Positions 48,501 to 63,500 of a DNA stretch of 64,000 bases are shown piece after piece; position 1 is the stretch's first letter; each line of letters opens with the position of its first letter. This DNA comes from Amphiscolops sp. MND2022 (Eukaryota). The stretch is taken from the NCBI GenBank assembly GCA_964187785.1, contig OZ076409.1, positions 34,598,001 to 34,662,000 on the forward strand, read 5' to 3'. The notes beneath the pieces were generated by a model that saw nothing but the letters and a program-made list of their open reading frames with translations, was not told where the DNA came from and did no database searches. The translations under genes and the position numbers were made by a program.

Positions 48501-51500
48501 TTCTAATCTGCGGATATTCCATTCCTTTCTTAGAAAAATTCCGCTGAGTCTATTCTGCGGTTTTTTCATTTCTATCCTAGAAAATTTCTGCTGATTCTAT
48601 TCTGCGTATTTCACTCATCTCAGAAAAATCCGCTGATTCTTTTCTGCGGTTAATTCACTTCTAACTTAGAAAAATTCCACTGATTCTATTCTGCGGTTAT
48701 TTCATTTCTATCTTAGAAAAATTCCACTGATTCAGTTTTGCAGTTATTTCCTTTCTATTTCAGAAAAATTTCGCTGATTCTATTTTGCGGTTAATTCACT
48801 TCTATTTTAGAAAAATTCCGCTGATTCTATTCTGCGGTTATTTAATTTCTATCTTAGAAAAATATCGCTGATTCTATTCTGCGGTTGTTTCATTTAAGTT
48901 TTCGAAAAATTCCGCTGGTGCTATTCTGCAGTTGTTTCATTTCTATCTAAGAAAAAATCCGCTGATTCTATACTGCGGTTATTTCATTTCAATCTTAGAA
49001 AAATTTCCCTGTTTCTATTCTCCAGTTATTTCATTTCTATTTAAGAAAAATTCCGCTGAGTCTTTTCTGCGGTTGTTTCATTTCTATCGTAGAAAAACTC
49101 CGCTGATTCTAGTCTGCGGTTATTCCATTCCTTTCTTAGAAAAATTCCGCTGAGTCTATTCTGCGGTTTTTTCATTTCTATCCTAAAAAATTTCTGCTGA
49201 TTCTATTCTGCGTATTTCACTCATCTCAGAAAAATCCGCTGATTCTATTCTGCGGTTAATTCACTTCTAACTTAGAAAAATTCCGCTGATTCTGTTCTGC
49301 GGTTATTTAATTTCTATTCTTTGAAAAACTTCCGCTGATTCTATTCTGCGGTTATTTCATTTCTATCTTAGAAAAATTCCGCTGATTCTATTCTGCGGTT
49401 TTTTCAATTCTATCTTTGAAAAATTCCAATGATACTATTCTGCGGTTATTTCATTTCTATCTTAGAAAAATTCCGCTGATTATATTCTGCGGTTATTTCA
49501 TTTCTGCCATAGAAAAATTCCAATCATACTATTCTGCGGTTTTTTCATTTCTATCTTAGAAAAATTCCACTGATTCAATTCTGCGGTTATTTCCTTTCTA
49601 TTTCAGAAAAATTCCGCTGATTCTATTCTGCGGTTTTTTCAATTCTATCTTCGGAAAATTCCAATGATACTATTCTGCGGTTATTTAATTTCTATTCTTT
49701 GGAAAAAATCCGCTGATTCTATTCTGCGGTTTTTTCAATTCTGTTTAGAAAAATTCCAATGATTCAGTTCTGCGGTTATTTCCTTTCTATTTCAGAAAAA
49801 TTCCGCTGATTCTATTTTGCGGTTATTTCATTTCTATCTGAGAAAAATTTCCCTGTTTCTATTCTTCAGTTATTTCATTTCTATCTAAGAAAAATTCCGT
49901 TGAGTCTTTTCTGCGGTTGTTTCATTTCTATCGTAGAAAAATTCCACTGATTCAGTTCTGCGGTTATTTCCTTTCTATTTCAGAAAAATTCCGCTGATTC
50001 TATTTTGCGGTTAATTCACTTCTATTTTAGAAAAATTCCGCTGATTCTATTCTGCAGTTATTTCATTTCTATCTAAGAAAAAATCCACTGATTCTATACT
50101 GCGGTTATTTCATTTCTATTTTAGAAAAATTTCCCTGTTTCTATTCTCCAGTTATTTCATTTCTATCTAAGAAAAACTCCGCTGAGTCTTTTCTGCGGTT
50201 GTTTCATTTCTATCGTAGAAAAACTCCGCTGATTCTAATCTGCGGATATTCCATTCCTTTCTTAGAAAAATTCCGCTGAGTCTATTCTGCGGTTTTTTCA
50301 CTTCTATCCTAGAAAATTTCTGCTGATTCTATTCTGCGTATTTCACTCATCTCAGAAAAATCCGCTGATTCTATTCTGCGGTTAATTCACTTCTAACTTA
50401 GAAAAATTCCACTGATTCTATTCTGCGGTTATTTCATTTCTATCTTAGAAAAATTCCACTGATTCAGTTCTGCAGTTATTTCCTTTCTATTTCAGAAAAA
50501 TTTCGCTGATTCTATTTTGCGGTTAATTCACTTCTATTTTAGAAAAATTCCGCTGATTCTATTCTGCGGTTATTTAATTTCTATCTCAGAAAAATATCGC
50601 TGATTCTATTCTGCGGTTGTTTCATTTAAGTGTTCGAAAAATTCCGCTGGTGCTATTTTGCGGTTATTTCATTTCTATCTTAGAAAAATTCCACTGATTC
50701 AGTTCTGCGGTTATTTCCTTCCTATTTCAGAAAAATTCCGCTGATTCTATTTTGCGGTTAATTCACTTCTATTTTAGAAAAATTCCGCTGATTCTATTCT
50801 GCGGTTATTTAATTTCTATTTTAGAAAAATATCGCTGATTCTATTCTGCGGTTATTTCATTTATGTCTTCGAAAAATTCCGCTGGTGCTATTCTGCAGTT
50901 ATTTCATTTCTATCTAAGAAAAAATCCGCTGATTCTAAACTGCGGTTATTTCATTTCTATTTTAGAAAAATTTCCCTGTTTCTATTCTCCAGTTATTTCA
51001 TTTCTATCTAAGAAAAACTCCGCTGAGTCTTTTCTGCGGTTGTTGCATTTCTATCGTAGAAAAACTCCGCTGATTCTAATCTGCGGATATTCCATTCCTT
51101 TCTTAGAAAAATTCCGCTGAGTCTATTCTGCGGTTTTTTCATTTCTATCCTAGAAAATTTCTGCTGATTCTATTCTGCGTATTTCACTCATCTCAGAAAA
51201 ATCCGCTGATTCTTTTCTGCGGTTAATTCACTTCTACCTTAGAAAAATTCCACTGATTCTATTCTGCGGTTATTTCATTTCTATCTCAGAAAAATTCCAC
51301 TGATTCTATTCTGCGGTTATTTAATTTCTATCTTAGAAAAATATCGCTGATTCTATTCTGCGGTTGTTTCATTTAAGTTTTCGAAAAATTCCGCTGGTGC
51401 TATTCTGCAGTTGTTTCATTTCTATCTAAGAAAAAATCCGCTGATTCTATACTGCGGTTATTTCATTTCAATCTTAGAAAAATTTCCCTGTTTCTATTCT

Positions 51501-54500
51501 CCAGTTATTTCATTTCTATTTAAGAAAAATTCCGCTGAGTCTTTTCTGCGGTTGTTTCATTTCTATCGTAGAAAAACTCCGCTGATTCTAGTCTGCGGTT
51601 ATTCCATTCCTTTCTTAGAAAAATTCCGCTGAGTCTATTCTGCGGTTTTTTCATTTCTATCCTTAAAAATTTCTGCTGATTCTATTCTGCGTATTTCACT
51701 CATCTCAGAAAAATCCGCTGATTCTATTCTGCGGTTAATTCACTTCTAACTTAGAAAAATTCCGCTGATTCTGTTCTGCGGTTATTTAATTTCTATTCTT
51801 TGAAAAACTTCCGCTGATTCTATTCTGCGGTTATTTCATTTCTATCTTAGAAAAATTCCGCTGATTCTATTCTGCGGTTTTTTCAATTCTATCTTTGAAA
51901 AATTCCAATGATACTATTCTGCGGTTATTTCATTTCTATCTTAGAAAAATTCCGCTGATTATATTCTGCGGTTATTTCATTTCTGCCATAGAAAAATTCC
52001 AATCATACTATTCTGCGGTTTTTTCATTTCTATCTTAGAAAAATTCCACTGATTCAATTCTGCGGTTATTTCCTTTCTATTTCAGAAAAATTCCGCTGAT
52101 TCTATTCTGCGGTTTTTTCAATTCTATCTTCGGAAAATTCCAATGATACTATTCTGCGGTTATTTAATTTCTATTCTTTGGAAAAAATCCGCTGATTCTA
52201 TTCTGCGGTTTTTTCAATTCTGTTTAGAAAAATTCCAATGATTCAGTTCTGCGGTTATTTCCTTTCTATTTCAGAAAAATTCCGCTGATTCTATTTTGCG
52301 GTTATTTCATTTCTATCTGAGAAAAATTTCCCTGTTTCTATTCTTCAGTTATTTCATTTCTATCTAAGAAAAATTCCGTTGAGTCTTTTCTGCGGTTGTT
52401 TCATTTCTATCGTAGAAAAACTCCGCTGATTCTAGTCTGCGGTTATTCCATTCCTTTCTTAGAAAAATTCCGCTGAGTCTATTCTGCGGTTTTTTCATTT
52501 CTATCCTAGAAAATTTATGCTGATTCTATTCTGCGTATTTCACTCATCTCAGAAGAATCCGCTGATTCTATTCTGCGGTTAATTCACTTCTAACTTAGAA
52601 AAGTTCCGCTGATTCTATTCTGCGGTTATTTGATTTCTATTCTTTGAAAAAATTCCGCTGATTCTATTCTGCGGGTATTTCATTTCTATCTTAGAAAAAT
52701 TCCGCTGTTTCTATTCTGCGGTTTTTTCAATTCTATCTTTGAAAAATTCCAATGATACTATTCTGCGGTTATTTTATTTCTATCTTAGAAAAATTCCGCT
52801 GATTCTATTCTGCGGTTATTTAATTTCTATCTTGGAAAAATATCGCTGATTCTATTCTGCGGTTATTTCATTTATGTCTTCGAAAAATTCCGCTGGTGCT
52901 ATTCTGCAGATATTTCATTTCTATCTAAGAAAAAATCCGCTGATTCTATACTGCGGTTATTTCATTTCTATCTTAGAAAAATTTCCTTGTTTCTTTTCTT
53001 CAGTTATTTCATTTCTATCTAAGAAAAATTCCGCTGAGTCTTTTCTGCGGTTGTTTCATTTCTATCGTAGAAAAACTCCGCTGATTCTAGTCTGCGGTTA
53101 TTCCATTCCTTTCTTAGAAAAATTCCGCTGAGTCTATTCTGCGGTTTTTTCATTTCTATCCTAGAAAATTTCTGCTGATTCTATTCTGCGTGTTTCACTC
53201 ATCTCAAAAAAATCCGCTGATTCTATTCTGCGGTTAATTCACTTCTAACTTAGAAAAATTCCGCTGATTCTATTCTGCGGTTATTTAGTTTCTATTCTTT
53301 GAAAAAATTCCGCTGATTCTGTTCTGCGGTTATTTCATTTCTATCTTAGAAAAATTACGCTGATTCTATTCTGCGGTTTTTTCAATTCTATCTTTGAAAA
53401 ATTCCAATGATACTATTCTGCGGTTATTTTATTTCTATCTTAGAAAAATTCCGCTGATTCTATTCTGCGGTTATTTAATTTCTATCTTGGAAAAATATCG
53501 CTGATTCTATTCTGCGGTTATTTCATTTATGTCTTCGAAAAATTCCGCTGGTGCTATTCTGCAGATATTTCATTTCTATCTAAGAAAAAATCCGCTGATT
53601 CTATACTGCGGTTATTTCATTTCTATCTTAGAAAAATTTCCTTGTTTCTTTTCTTCAGTTATTTCATTTCTATCTAAGAAAAATTCCGCTGAGTCTTTTC
53701 TGCGGTTGTTTCATTTCTATCGTAGAAAAACTCCGCTGATTCTAGTCTGCGGTTATTCCATTCCTTTCTTAGAAAAATTCCGCTGAGTCTATTCTGCGGT
53801 TTTTTCATTTCTATCCTAGAAAATTTCTGCTGATTCTATTCTGCGTGTTTCACTCATCTCAAAAAAATCCGCTGATTCTATTCTGCGGTTAATTCACTTC
53901 TAACTTAGAAAAATTCCGCTGATTCTATTCTGCGGTTATTTAGTTTCTATTCTTTGAAAAAATTCCGCTGATTCTGTTCTGCGGTTATTTCATTTCTATC
54001 TTAGAAAAATTACGCTGATTCTATTCTGCGGTTTTTTCAATTCTATTTTTAAAAAATTCCAATGATACTATTCTGCGATTTTTTCATTTCTATCTTAGAA
54101 AAATTCCGCTGATTATATTCTGCGGTTATTTCATTTCTGCCATAGAAACATTCCAATCATAGTATTCTGCGGTTTTTTCATTTCTATCTTAGAAAAATTC
54201 CACTGATTCAATTCTGCGGTTATTTCTTTTCTATTTCAGAAAAACTCCGCTGATTCTAGTCTGCTGTTATTCCTTTCCTTTCTTAGAGAAATTCCGCTGA
54301 GTCTATTCTGCGGTTTTTTCATTTCTATCCTAGAAAATTTATGCTGATTCTATTCTGCGTATTTCACTCATCTCAGAAGAATCCGCTGATTCTATTCTGC
54401 GGTTAAATCACTTCTAACTTAGAAAAGTTCCGCTGATTCTATTCTGCGGTTATTTGATTTCTATTCTTTGAAAAAATTCCGCTGATTCTATTCTGCGGGT

Positions 54501-57500
54501 ATTTCATTTCTATCTTAGAAAAATTCCGCTGATTCTATTCTGCGGTTTTTTCAATTCTATCTTTGAAAAATTCCAATGATACTATTCTGCGGTTATTTTA
54601 TTTCTATCTTAGAAAAATTCCGCTGATTCTATTCTGCGGTTATTTAATTTCTATCTTAGAAAAATATCGCTGATTCTATTCTGCGGTTATTTCATTTATG
54701 TCTTCGAAAAATTCCGCTGGTGCTATTCTGCAGATATTTCATTTCTATCTAAGAAAAAATCCGCTGATTCTTTACTGCGGTTATTTCATTTCTATCTTAG
54801 AAAAATTTCCTTGTTTCTTTTCTTCAGTTATTTCATTTCTATCTAAGAAAAATTCCGCTGAGTCTTTTCTGCGGTTGTTTCATTTCTATCGTAGAAAAAC
54901 TCCGCTGATTCTAGTCTGCGGTTATTCCATTCCTTTCTTAGAAAAATTCCGCTGAGTATATTCTGCGGTTTTTTCATTTCTATCCTAGAAAATTTCTGCT
55001 GATTCTATTCTGCGTGTTTCACTCATCTCAAAAAAATCCGCTGATTCTATTCTGCGGTTAATTCACTTCTAACTTAGAAAAATTCCGCTGATTCTATTCT
55101 GCGGTTATTTAGTTTCTATTCTTTGAAAAAATTCCGCTGATTCTGTTCTGCGGTTATTTCATTTCTATCTTAGAAAAGTTCCGCTGATTCTATTCTGCGG
55201 TTTTTTCAATTCTATTTTTGAAAAATTCCACTGATTCAATTCTGCGGTTATTTCTTTTCTGTTTCAGAAAAACTCCGCTGATTCTAGTCTGCTGTTATTC
55301 CTTTCCTTTCTTAGAAAAATTCCGCTGAGTCTATTCTGCGGTTTTTTCATTTCTATCTTAGAAAATTTCTGCTGATTCTATTCTGCGTATTTCACTCATC
55401 TCAGAAAAATCCGCTGATTCTATTCTGCGGTTAATTCACTTCTAACTTAGAAAAATTCCGCTGATTCTATTCTGCGGTTATTCAATTTCTATTCTTTGAA
55501 AATATTCCGCTGATTCTGTTCTGCGGTTATTTCATTTCTATCTTAGAAAAATTCCGCTGATTCTATTCTGCGGTTTTTTCAATTCTATTTTTGAAAAATT
55601 CCACTGATTCAATTCTGCGGTTATTTCTTTTCTATTTCAGAAAAACTCCGCTGATTCTAGTCTGCTGTTATTCCTTTCCTTTCTTAGAAAAATTCCGCTG
55701 AGTCTATTCTGCGGTTTTTTCATTTCTATCTTAGAAAATTTCTGCTGATTCTATTCTGCGTATTTCACTCATCTCAGAAAAATCCGCTGATTCTATTCTG
55801 CGGTTATTTCATTTCTATCTTAGGAAAATTCCGCTGATTATATTCTGCGGTTATTTCATTTCTGCCATAGAAAAATTCCAATCATAGTATTCTGCGGTTT
55901 TTTCATTTCTATCTTAGAAAAATTCCACTGATTCAATTCTGCGGTTATTTCTTTTCTATTTCAGAAAAACTCCGCTGATTCTAGTCTGCTGTTATTCCTT
56001 TCCTTTCTTAGAAAAATTCCGCTGAGTCTATTCTGCGGTTTTTTCATTTCTATCTTAGAAAATTTCTGCTGATTCTATTCTGCGTATTTCACTCATCTCA
56101 GAAAAATCCGCTGATTCTATTCTGCGGTTAATTCACTTCTAACTTAGAAAAACTCCGCTGATTCTATTCTGCGGTTATTTAATTTCTATTCTTTGAAAAT
56201 ATTCCGCTGATTCTATTCTGCAGATATTTCATTTCTATCTTAAAAAAATTCCGCTGATTCTATTCTGCGGTTTTTTTGATTCTATCTTTGAAAAATTCCA
56301 ATGATACTATTCTGCGGTTATTTCATTTCTATCTTAGAAAAATTCCGCTGATTATATTCTGCGGTTATTTCATTTCTGCCATAGAAAAATTCCAATCATA
56401 GTATTCTGCGGTTTTTTCATTTCTATCTTAGAAAAATTCCACTGATTCAATTCTGCGGTTATTTCCTTTCTATTTCAGAAGAAATCCACTGATTCTATTC
56501 TGCAGTTTTTTCAATTCTGTCTTAAAAAATTTCCAATGATACTATTCTGCGGGTATTTCATTTCTATCTTAGAAAAATTCCACTGATTCTATTCTGCGTA
56601 TTTCACTCATCTCAGAAAAAATCCGCTGATTCTATTCTGCGGTTATATCACTTCTAACTTAGAAAATTTCCACTGATTCTATTCTGCGGTTATTTGTTCT
56701 CTATTCTTTGAAAAAATTCCGCTGATTCTATTCTGCGGTTATTTCATTTCTATCTTAGAAAAATTCCGCTGATTCTATTCTGCGGTTATTACATTTCTAT
56801 CTTAGAAATATTCCACTGATTCAATTCTGCGGTTCTTACATTTCTATCTTAGAAAAATTCCACTGATTCATTTCTGCTGTTATTTCCTTTCTATTTCAGA
56901 AAATTCCGCTGATTCTATTCTGCGACTATTTCATTTCTATCTTAGAAAAATTTCCGCTTATTCTAATCTGCGGTTATTCATTTCTATCTTCGAAATTCTT
57001 TCGCTGTTTCTATTCTGCGGTTATTTCATTTCTATTCTTTGAAAAAATTCCGCTGATTCTATTCTGCGGATATTTCATTTCTATCTTAGAAAAATTCCAC
57101 TGTTTCTCTTCTGCGGTTTTTTCAATTCTATCTTAGAAAAATTCCAATGATACTATTCTGCGGTTATTTCATTTCTGCTCTAGAAAGATTCCGCTGATTA
57201 TATTCTGCGCTTGTTTTATTCCTATCTTAGAAAACTTCGTTGATTCTATTCTGCGGTTATTACATTTCTATCTTAAAAATATTCCACTGATTCAATTCTG
57301 CGGTTCTTACATTTCTATCTTAGAAAAATTCCAGTCATACTATTCTGCGGTTATTTCATTCCTATCTTAAAAAAATTCCGCTGAGTCTTTTCTGCGGTTG
57401 TTTCATTTCTATCGTAGAAAAACTCCGCTGATTCTAGTCTGCGGTTATTCCATTCCTTTCTTAGAAAAATTCCGCTGAGTCTATTCTGCGGTTTTTTCAT

Positions 57501-60500
57501 TTCTATCCTAAAAAATTTCTGCTGATTCTATTCTGCGTATTTCACTCATCTCAGAAAAATCCGCTGATTCTATTCTGCGGTTAATTCACTTCTAACTTAG
57601 AAAAATTCCGCTGATTCTGTTCTGCGGTTATTTAATTTCTATTCTTTGAAAAAAATCCGCTGATTCTATTCTGCGGTTATTTCATTTCTATTTCAGAATA
57701 ATTCCGCTGATTCTATTCTGCGGTTTTTTCAATTCTATCTTCGGAAAATTCCAATGATACTATTCTGCGGTTATTTAATTTCTATTCTTTGGAAAAAATC
57801 CGCTGATTCTATTCTGCGGTTTTTTCAATTCTGTCTTAGAAAAATTCCAATGATTCAGTTCTGCGGTTATTTCCTTTCTATTTCAGAAAATTTCCGCTGA
57901 TTCTATTTTGCGGTTAATTCACTTCTATTTTAGAAAAATTCCGCTGATTCTATTCTGCGGTTACTTAATTTCTATCTTAGAAAAATCTCGCTGATTCTAT
58001 TCTGCGGTTTTTTCATATCTATTTGTGAAAAATTCCAATGATACTATTCTGCGGTTATTTCATTTCTATCTTAGAAAAATTCCGCTGATTATATTCTGCG
58101 GTTATTTCATTTCTGCCATAGAAAAATTCCAATCATAGTATTCTGCGGTTTTTTCATTTCTATCTTAGAAAAATTCCACTGATTCAATTCTGCGGTTATT
58201 TCCTTTCTATTTCAGAAAAACTCCGCTGATTCTAGTCTGCTGTTATTCCTTTCCTTTCTTAGAAAAATTCCGCTGAGTCTATTCTGCGGTTTTTTCATTT
58301 CTATCCTAGAAAATTTCTGCTGATTCTATTCTGCGTATTTCACTCATCTCAGAAAAAATCCGCTGATTCTCTTCTGCGGTTATATCACTTCTAACTTAGA
58401 AAATTTCCACTGATTCTATTCTGCGGTTATTTGTTTTCTATTCTTTGAAAATATTCCGCTGATTCTATTCTGCAGATATTTCATTTCTATCTTAAAAAAA
58501 TTCCGCTGATTCTATTCTGCGGTTTTTTCCATTCTATCTTTGAAAAATTCCAATGATACTATTCTGCGGTTATTTCATTTCTATCTTAGAAAAATTCCGC
58601 TGATTATATTCTGCGGTTATTTCATTTCTGCCATAGAAAAATTCCAATCATAGTATTCTGCGGTTTTTTCATTTCTATCTTAGAAAAATTCCACTGATTC
58701 AATTCTGCGGTTCTTTCCTTTCTATTTCAGAAGAAATCCACTGATTCTATTCTGCAGTTTTTTCAATTCTGTCTCAAAAAATTTCCAATGATACTATTCT
58801 GCGGGTATTTCATTTCTATCTTAGAAAAATTCCACTGATTCTATTCTGCGTATTTCACTCATCTCTGAAAAAATCCGCTGATTCTATTCTGTGGTTATAT
58901 CACTTCTAACTTAGAAAATTTCCACTGATTCTATTCTGCGGTTATTTGTTTTCTATTCTTTGAAAAAATTCCGCTGATTCTATTCTGCGGTTATTTCATT
59001 TCTATCTTAGAAAAATTCCGCTGATTCTATTCTGCGGTTATTACATTTCTATCTTAGAAATATTCCACTGATTCAATTCTGCGGTTCTTACATTTCTATC
59101 TTAGAAAAATTCCACTGATTCATTTCTGCGGTTATTTCCTTTCTATTTCAGAAAATTCCGCTGATTCTATTCTGCGACTATTTCATTTCTATCTTAGAAA
59201 AATTTCCGCTTATTCTAACCTGCGGTTATTTCATTTCTATCTTCGAAAATCTTTCGCTGGTTCTATTCTGCGGTTATTTCATTTCTATTCTTTGAAAAAA
59301 TTCCGCTGATTCTATTCTGCGGATATTTCATTTCTATCTTAGAAAAATTCCACTGTTTCTCTTCTGCGGTTTTTTCAATTCTATCTTAGAAAAATTCCAA
59401 TGATACTATTCTGCGGTTATTTCATTTCTGCTCTAGAAAGATTCCGCTGATTATATTCTGCGCTTGTTTTATTCCTATCTTAGAAAACTCCGTTGATTCT
59501 ATTCTGCGGTTTTTTCAATTCTATCTTTGAAAAATTCCAATGATACTATTCTGCGGTTATTTCATTTCTATCTTAGAAAAATTCCGCTGATTATATTCTG
59601 CGGTTATTTCATTTCTGCCATAGAAAAATTCCAATCATAGTATTCTGCGGTTTTTTCATTTCTATCTTAGAAAAATTCCACTGATTCAATTCTGCGGTTA
59701 TTTCCTTTCTATTTCAGAAGAAATCCACTGATTCTATTCTGCAGTTTTTTCAATTCTGTCTCAAAAAATTTCCAATGATACTATTCTGCGGGTATTTCAT
59801 TTCTATCTTAGAAAAATTCCACTGATTCTATTCTGCGTATTTCACTCATCTCAGAAAAAATCCGCTGATTCTATTCTGCGGTTATATCACTTCTAACTTA
59901 GAAAATTTCCACTGATTCTATTCTGCGGTTATTTGTTTTCTATTCTTTGAAAAAATTCCGCTGATTCTATTCTGCGGTTATTTCATTTCTATCTTAGAAA
60001 AATTCCGCTGATTCTATTCTGCGGTTTTTACATTTCTATCTTAGAAATATTCCACTGATTCAATTCTGCGGTTCTTACATTTCTATCTTAGAAAAATTCC
60101 ACTGATTCATTTCTGCGGTTATTTCCTTTCTATTTCAGAAAATTCCGCTGATTCTATTCTGCGACTATTTCATTTCTATCTTAGAAAAATTTCCGCTTAT
60201 TCTAACCTGCGGTTATTTCATTTCTATCTTCGAAAATCTTTCGCTGGTTCTATTCTGCGGTTATTTCATTACTATTCTTTGAAAAAATTCCGCTGATTCT
60301 ATTCTGCGGATATTTCATTTCTATCTTAGAAAAATTCCACTGTTTCTCTTCTGCGGTTTTTTCAATTCTATCTTAGAAAAATTCCAATGATACTATTCTG
60401 CGGTTATTTCATTTCTATCTTAGAAAAATTCCGCTGATTATATTCTGCGGTTATTTCATTTCTGCCATAGAAAAATTCCAATCATAGTATTCTGCGGTTT

Positions 60501-63500
60501 TTTCATTTCTATCTTAGAAAAATTCCACTGATTCAATTCTGCGGTTATTTCCTTTCTATTTCAGAAAAACTCCGCTGATTCTAGTCTGCTGTTATTCCTT
60601 TCCTTTCTTAGAAAAATTCCGCTGAGTCTATTCTGCGGTTTTTTCATTTCTATCCTAGAAAATTTCTGCTGATTCTATTCTGCGTATTTCACTCATCTCA
60701 GAAAAAATCCGCTGATTCTCTTCTGCGGTTATATCTTTTCTAACTTAGAAAATTTCCACTGATTCTATTCTGCGGTTATTTGTTTTCTATTCTTTGAAAA
60801 TATTCCGCTGATTCTATTCTGCAGATATTTCATTTCTATCTTAAAAAAATTCCGCTGATTCTATTCTGCGGTTTTTTCAATTCTATCTTTGAAAAATTCC
60901 AATGATACTATTCTGCGGTTATTTCATTTCTATCTTAGAAAAATTCCGCTGATTATATTCTGCGGTTATTTCATTTCTGCCATAGAAAAATTCCAATCAT
61001 AGTATTCTGCGGTTTTTTCATTTCTATCTTAGAAAAATTCCACTGATTCAATTCTGCGGTTATTTCCTTTCTATTTCAGAAGAAATCCACTGATTCTATT
61101 CTGCAGTTTTTTCAATTCTGTCTCAAAAAATTTCCAATGATACTATTCTGCGGGTATTTCATTTCTATCTTAGAAAAATTCCACTGATTCTATTCTGCGT
61201 ATTTCACTCATCTCAGAAAAAATCCGCTGATTCTATTCTGCGGTTATATCACTTCTAACTTAGAAAATTTCCACTGATTCTATTCTGCGGTTATTTGTTT
61301 TCTATTCTTTGAAAAAATTCCGCTGATTCTATTCTGCGGTTATTTCATTTCTATCTTAGAAAAATTCCGCTGATTCTATTCTGCGGTTATTACATTTCTA
61401 TCTTAGAAATATTCCACTGATTCAATTCTGCGGTTCTTACATTTCTATCTTAGAAAAATTCCACTGATTCATTTCTGCGGTTATTTCCTTTCTATTTCAG
61501 AAAATTCCGCTGATTCTATTCTGCGACTATTTCATTTCTATCTTAGAAAAATTTCCGCTTATTCTAACCTGCGGTTATTTCATTTCTATCTTCGAAAATC
61601 TTTCGCTGGTTCTATTCTGCGGTTATTTCATTTCTATTCTTTGAAAAAATTCCGCTGATTCTATTCTGCGGATATTTCATTTCTATCTTAGAAAAATTCC
61701 ACTGTTTCTCTTCTGCGGTTTTTTCAATTCTATCTTAGAAAAATTCCAATGATACTATTCTGCGGTTATTTCATTTCTGCTCTAGAAAGATTCCGCTGAT
61801 TATATTCTGCGCTTGTTTTATTCCTATCTTAGAAAACTCCGTTGATTCTATTCTGCGGTTATTACATTTCTATCTTGAAAATATTCCACTGATTCAATTC
61901 TGCGGTTCTTACATTTCTATCTTAGAAAAATTCCAGTCATACTATTCTGCGGTTATTTCATTCCTATCTTAGAAAAATTCCGCTGAGTCTTTTCTGCGGT
62001 TGTTTCATTTCTATCGTAGAAAAACTCCGCTGATTCTAGTCTGCGGTTATTCCATTCCTTTCATAGAAAAATTCCGCTGAGACTATTCTGCGGTTTTTTC
62101 ATTTCTATCCTAAAAAATTTCTGCTGATTCTATTCTGCGTATTTCACTCATCTCAGAAAAATCCGCTGATTCTATTCTGCGGTTAACTCACTTCTAACTT
62201 AGAAAAATTCCGCTGATTCTGTTCTGCGGTTATTTAATTTCTATTCTTTGAAAAAAATCCGCTGATTCTATTCTGCGGTTATTTCATTTCTATCTTAGAA
62301 AAATTCCGCTGATTCTATTCTGCGGTTTTTTCAATTCTATCTTTGAAAAATTCCAATGATACTATTCTGCGGTTATTTCATTTCTATCTTAGAAAAATTC
62401 CGCTGATTATATTCTGCGGTTATTTCATTTCTGCCATAGAAAAATTCCAATCATACTATTCTGCGGTTTTTTCATTTCTATCTTAGAAAAATTCCACTGA
62501 TTCAATTCTGCGGTTATTTCTTTTCTATTTCAGAATAATTCCGTTGATTCTATTCTGCGGTTTTTTCAATTCTATCTTCGGAAAATTCCAATGATACTAT
62601 TCTGCGGTTATTTAATTTCTATTCTTTGGAAAAAATCCGCTGATTCTATTCTGCGGTTTTTTCAATTCTGTCTTAGAAAAATTCCAATGATTCAGTTCTG
62701 CGGTTATTTCTTTTCTATTTCAGAAAAATTCCGCTGATTCTATTTTGCGGTTAATTCACTTCTATTTTAGAAAAATTCCGCTGATTCTATTCTGCGGTTA
62801 CTTAATTTCTATCTTAGAAAAATCTCGCTGATTCTATTCTGCGGTTATTTCATTTATGTCTTCGAAAAAATCCGCTGGTGCTATTCTGCAGTTATTTCAT
62901 TTCTATCTGAGAAAAAATCAGCTGATTCTATACTGCGGTTATTTCATTTCTATCTTAGAAAAATTTCCCTGTTTCTATTCTCCAGTTATTTCATTTCTAT
63001 CTAAGAAAAATTCCGTTGAGTCTTTTCTGCGGTTGTTTCATTTCTATCGTAGAAAAACTCCGCTGATTCTAGTCTGCGGTTATTCCATTCCTTTCTTAGA
63101 AAAATTCCGCTGAGTCTATTCTGCGGTTTTTTCATTTCTATCCTAGAAAATTTATGCTGATTCTATTCTGCGTATTTCACTCATCTCAGAAGAATCCACT
63201 GATTCTATTCTGCGGTTAATTCACTTCTAACTTAGAAAAATTCCGCTGATTCTATTCTGCGGTTATTTGATTTCTATTCTTTGAAAAAATTCCGCTGATT
63301 CTATTCTGCGGGTATTTCATTTCTATCTTAGAAAAATTCCGCTGATTCTATTCTGCGGTTTTTTCAATTCTATCTTAGAAAAATTCCACTGATTCAATTC
63401 TTCAGTTATTTCCTTTCTATTTCAGAAAAATTCCGCTGATTCTATTCTGCGGTTTTTTCAATTCTATTTTCGGAAAATTCCAATGATACTATTCTGCGGT

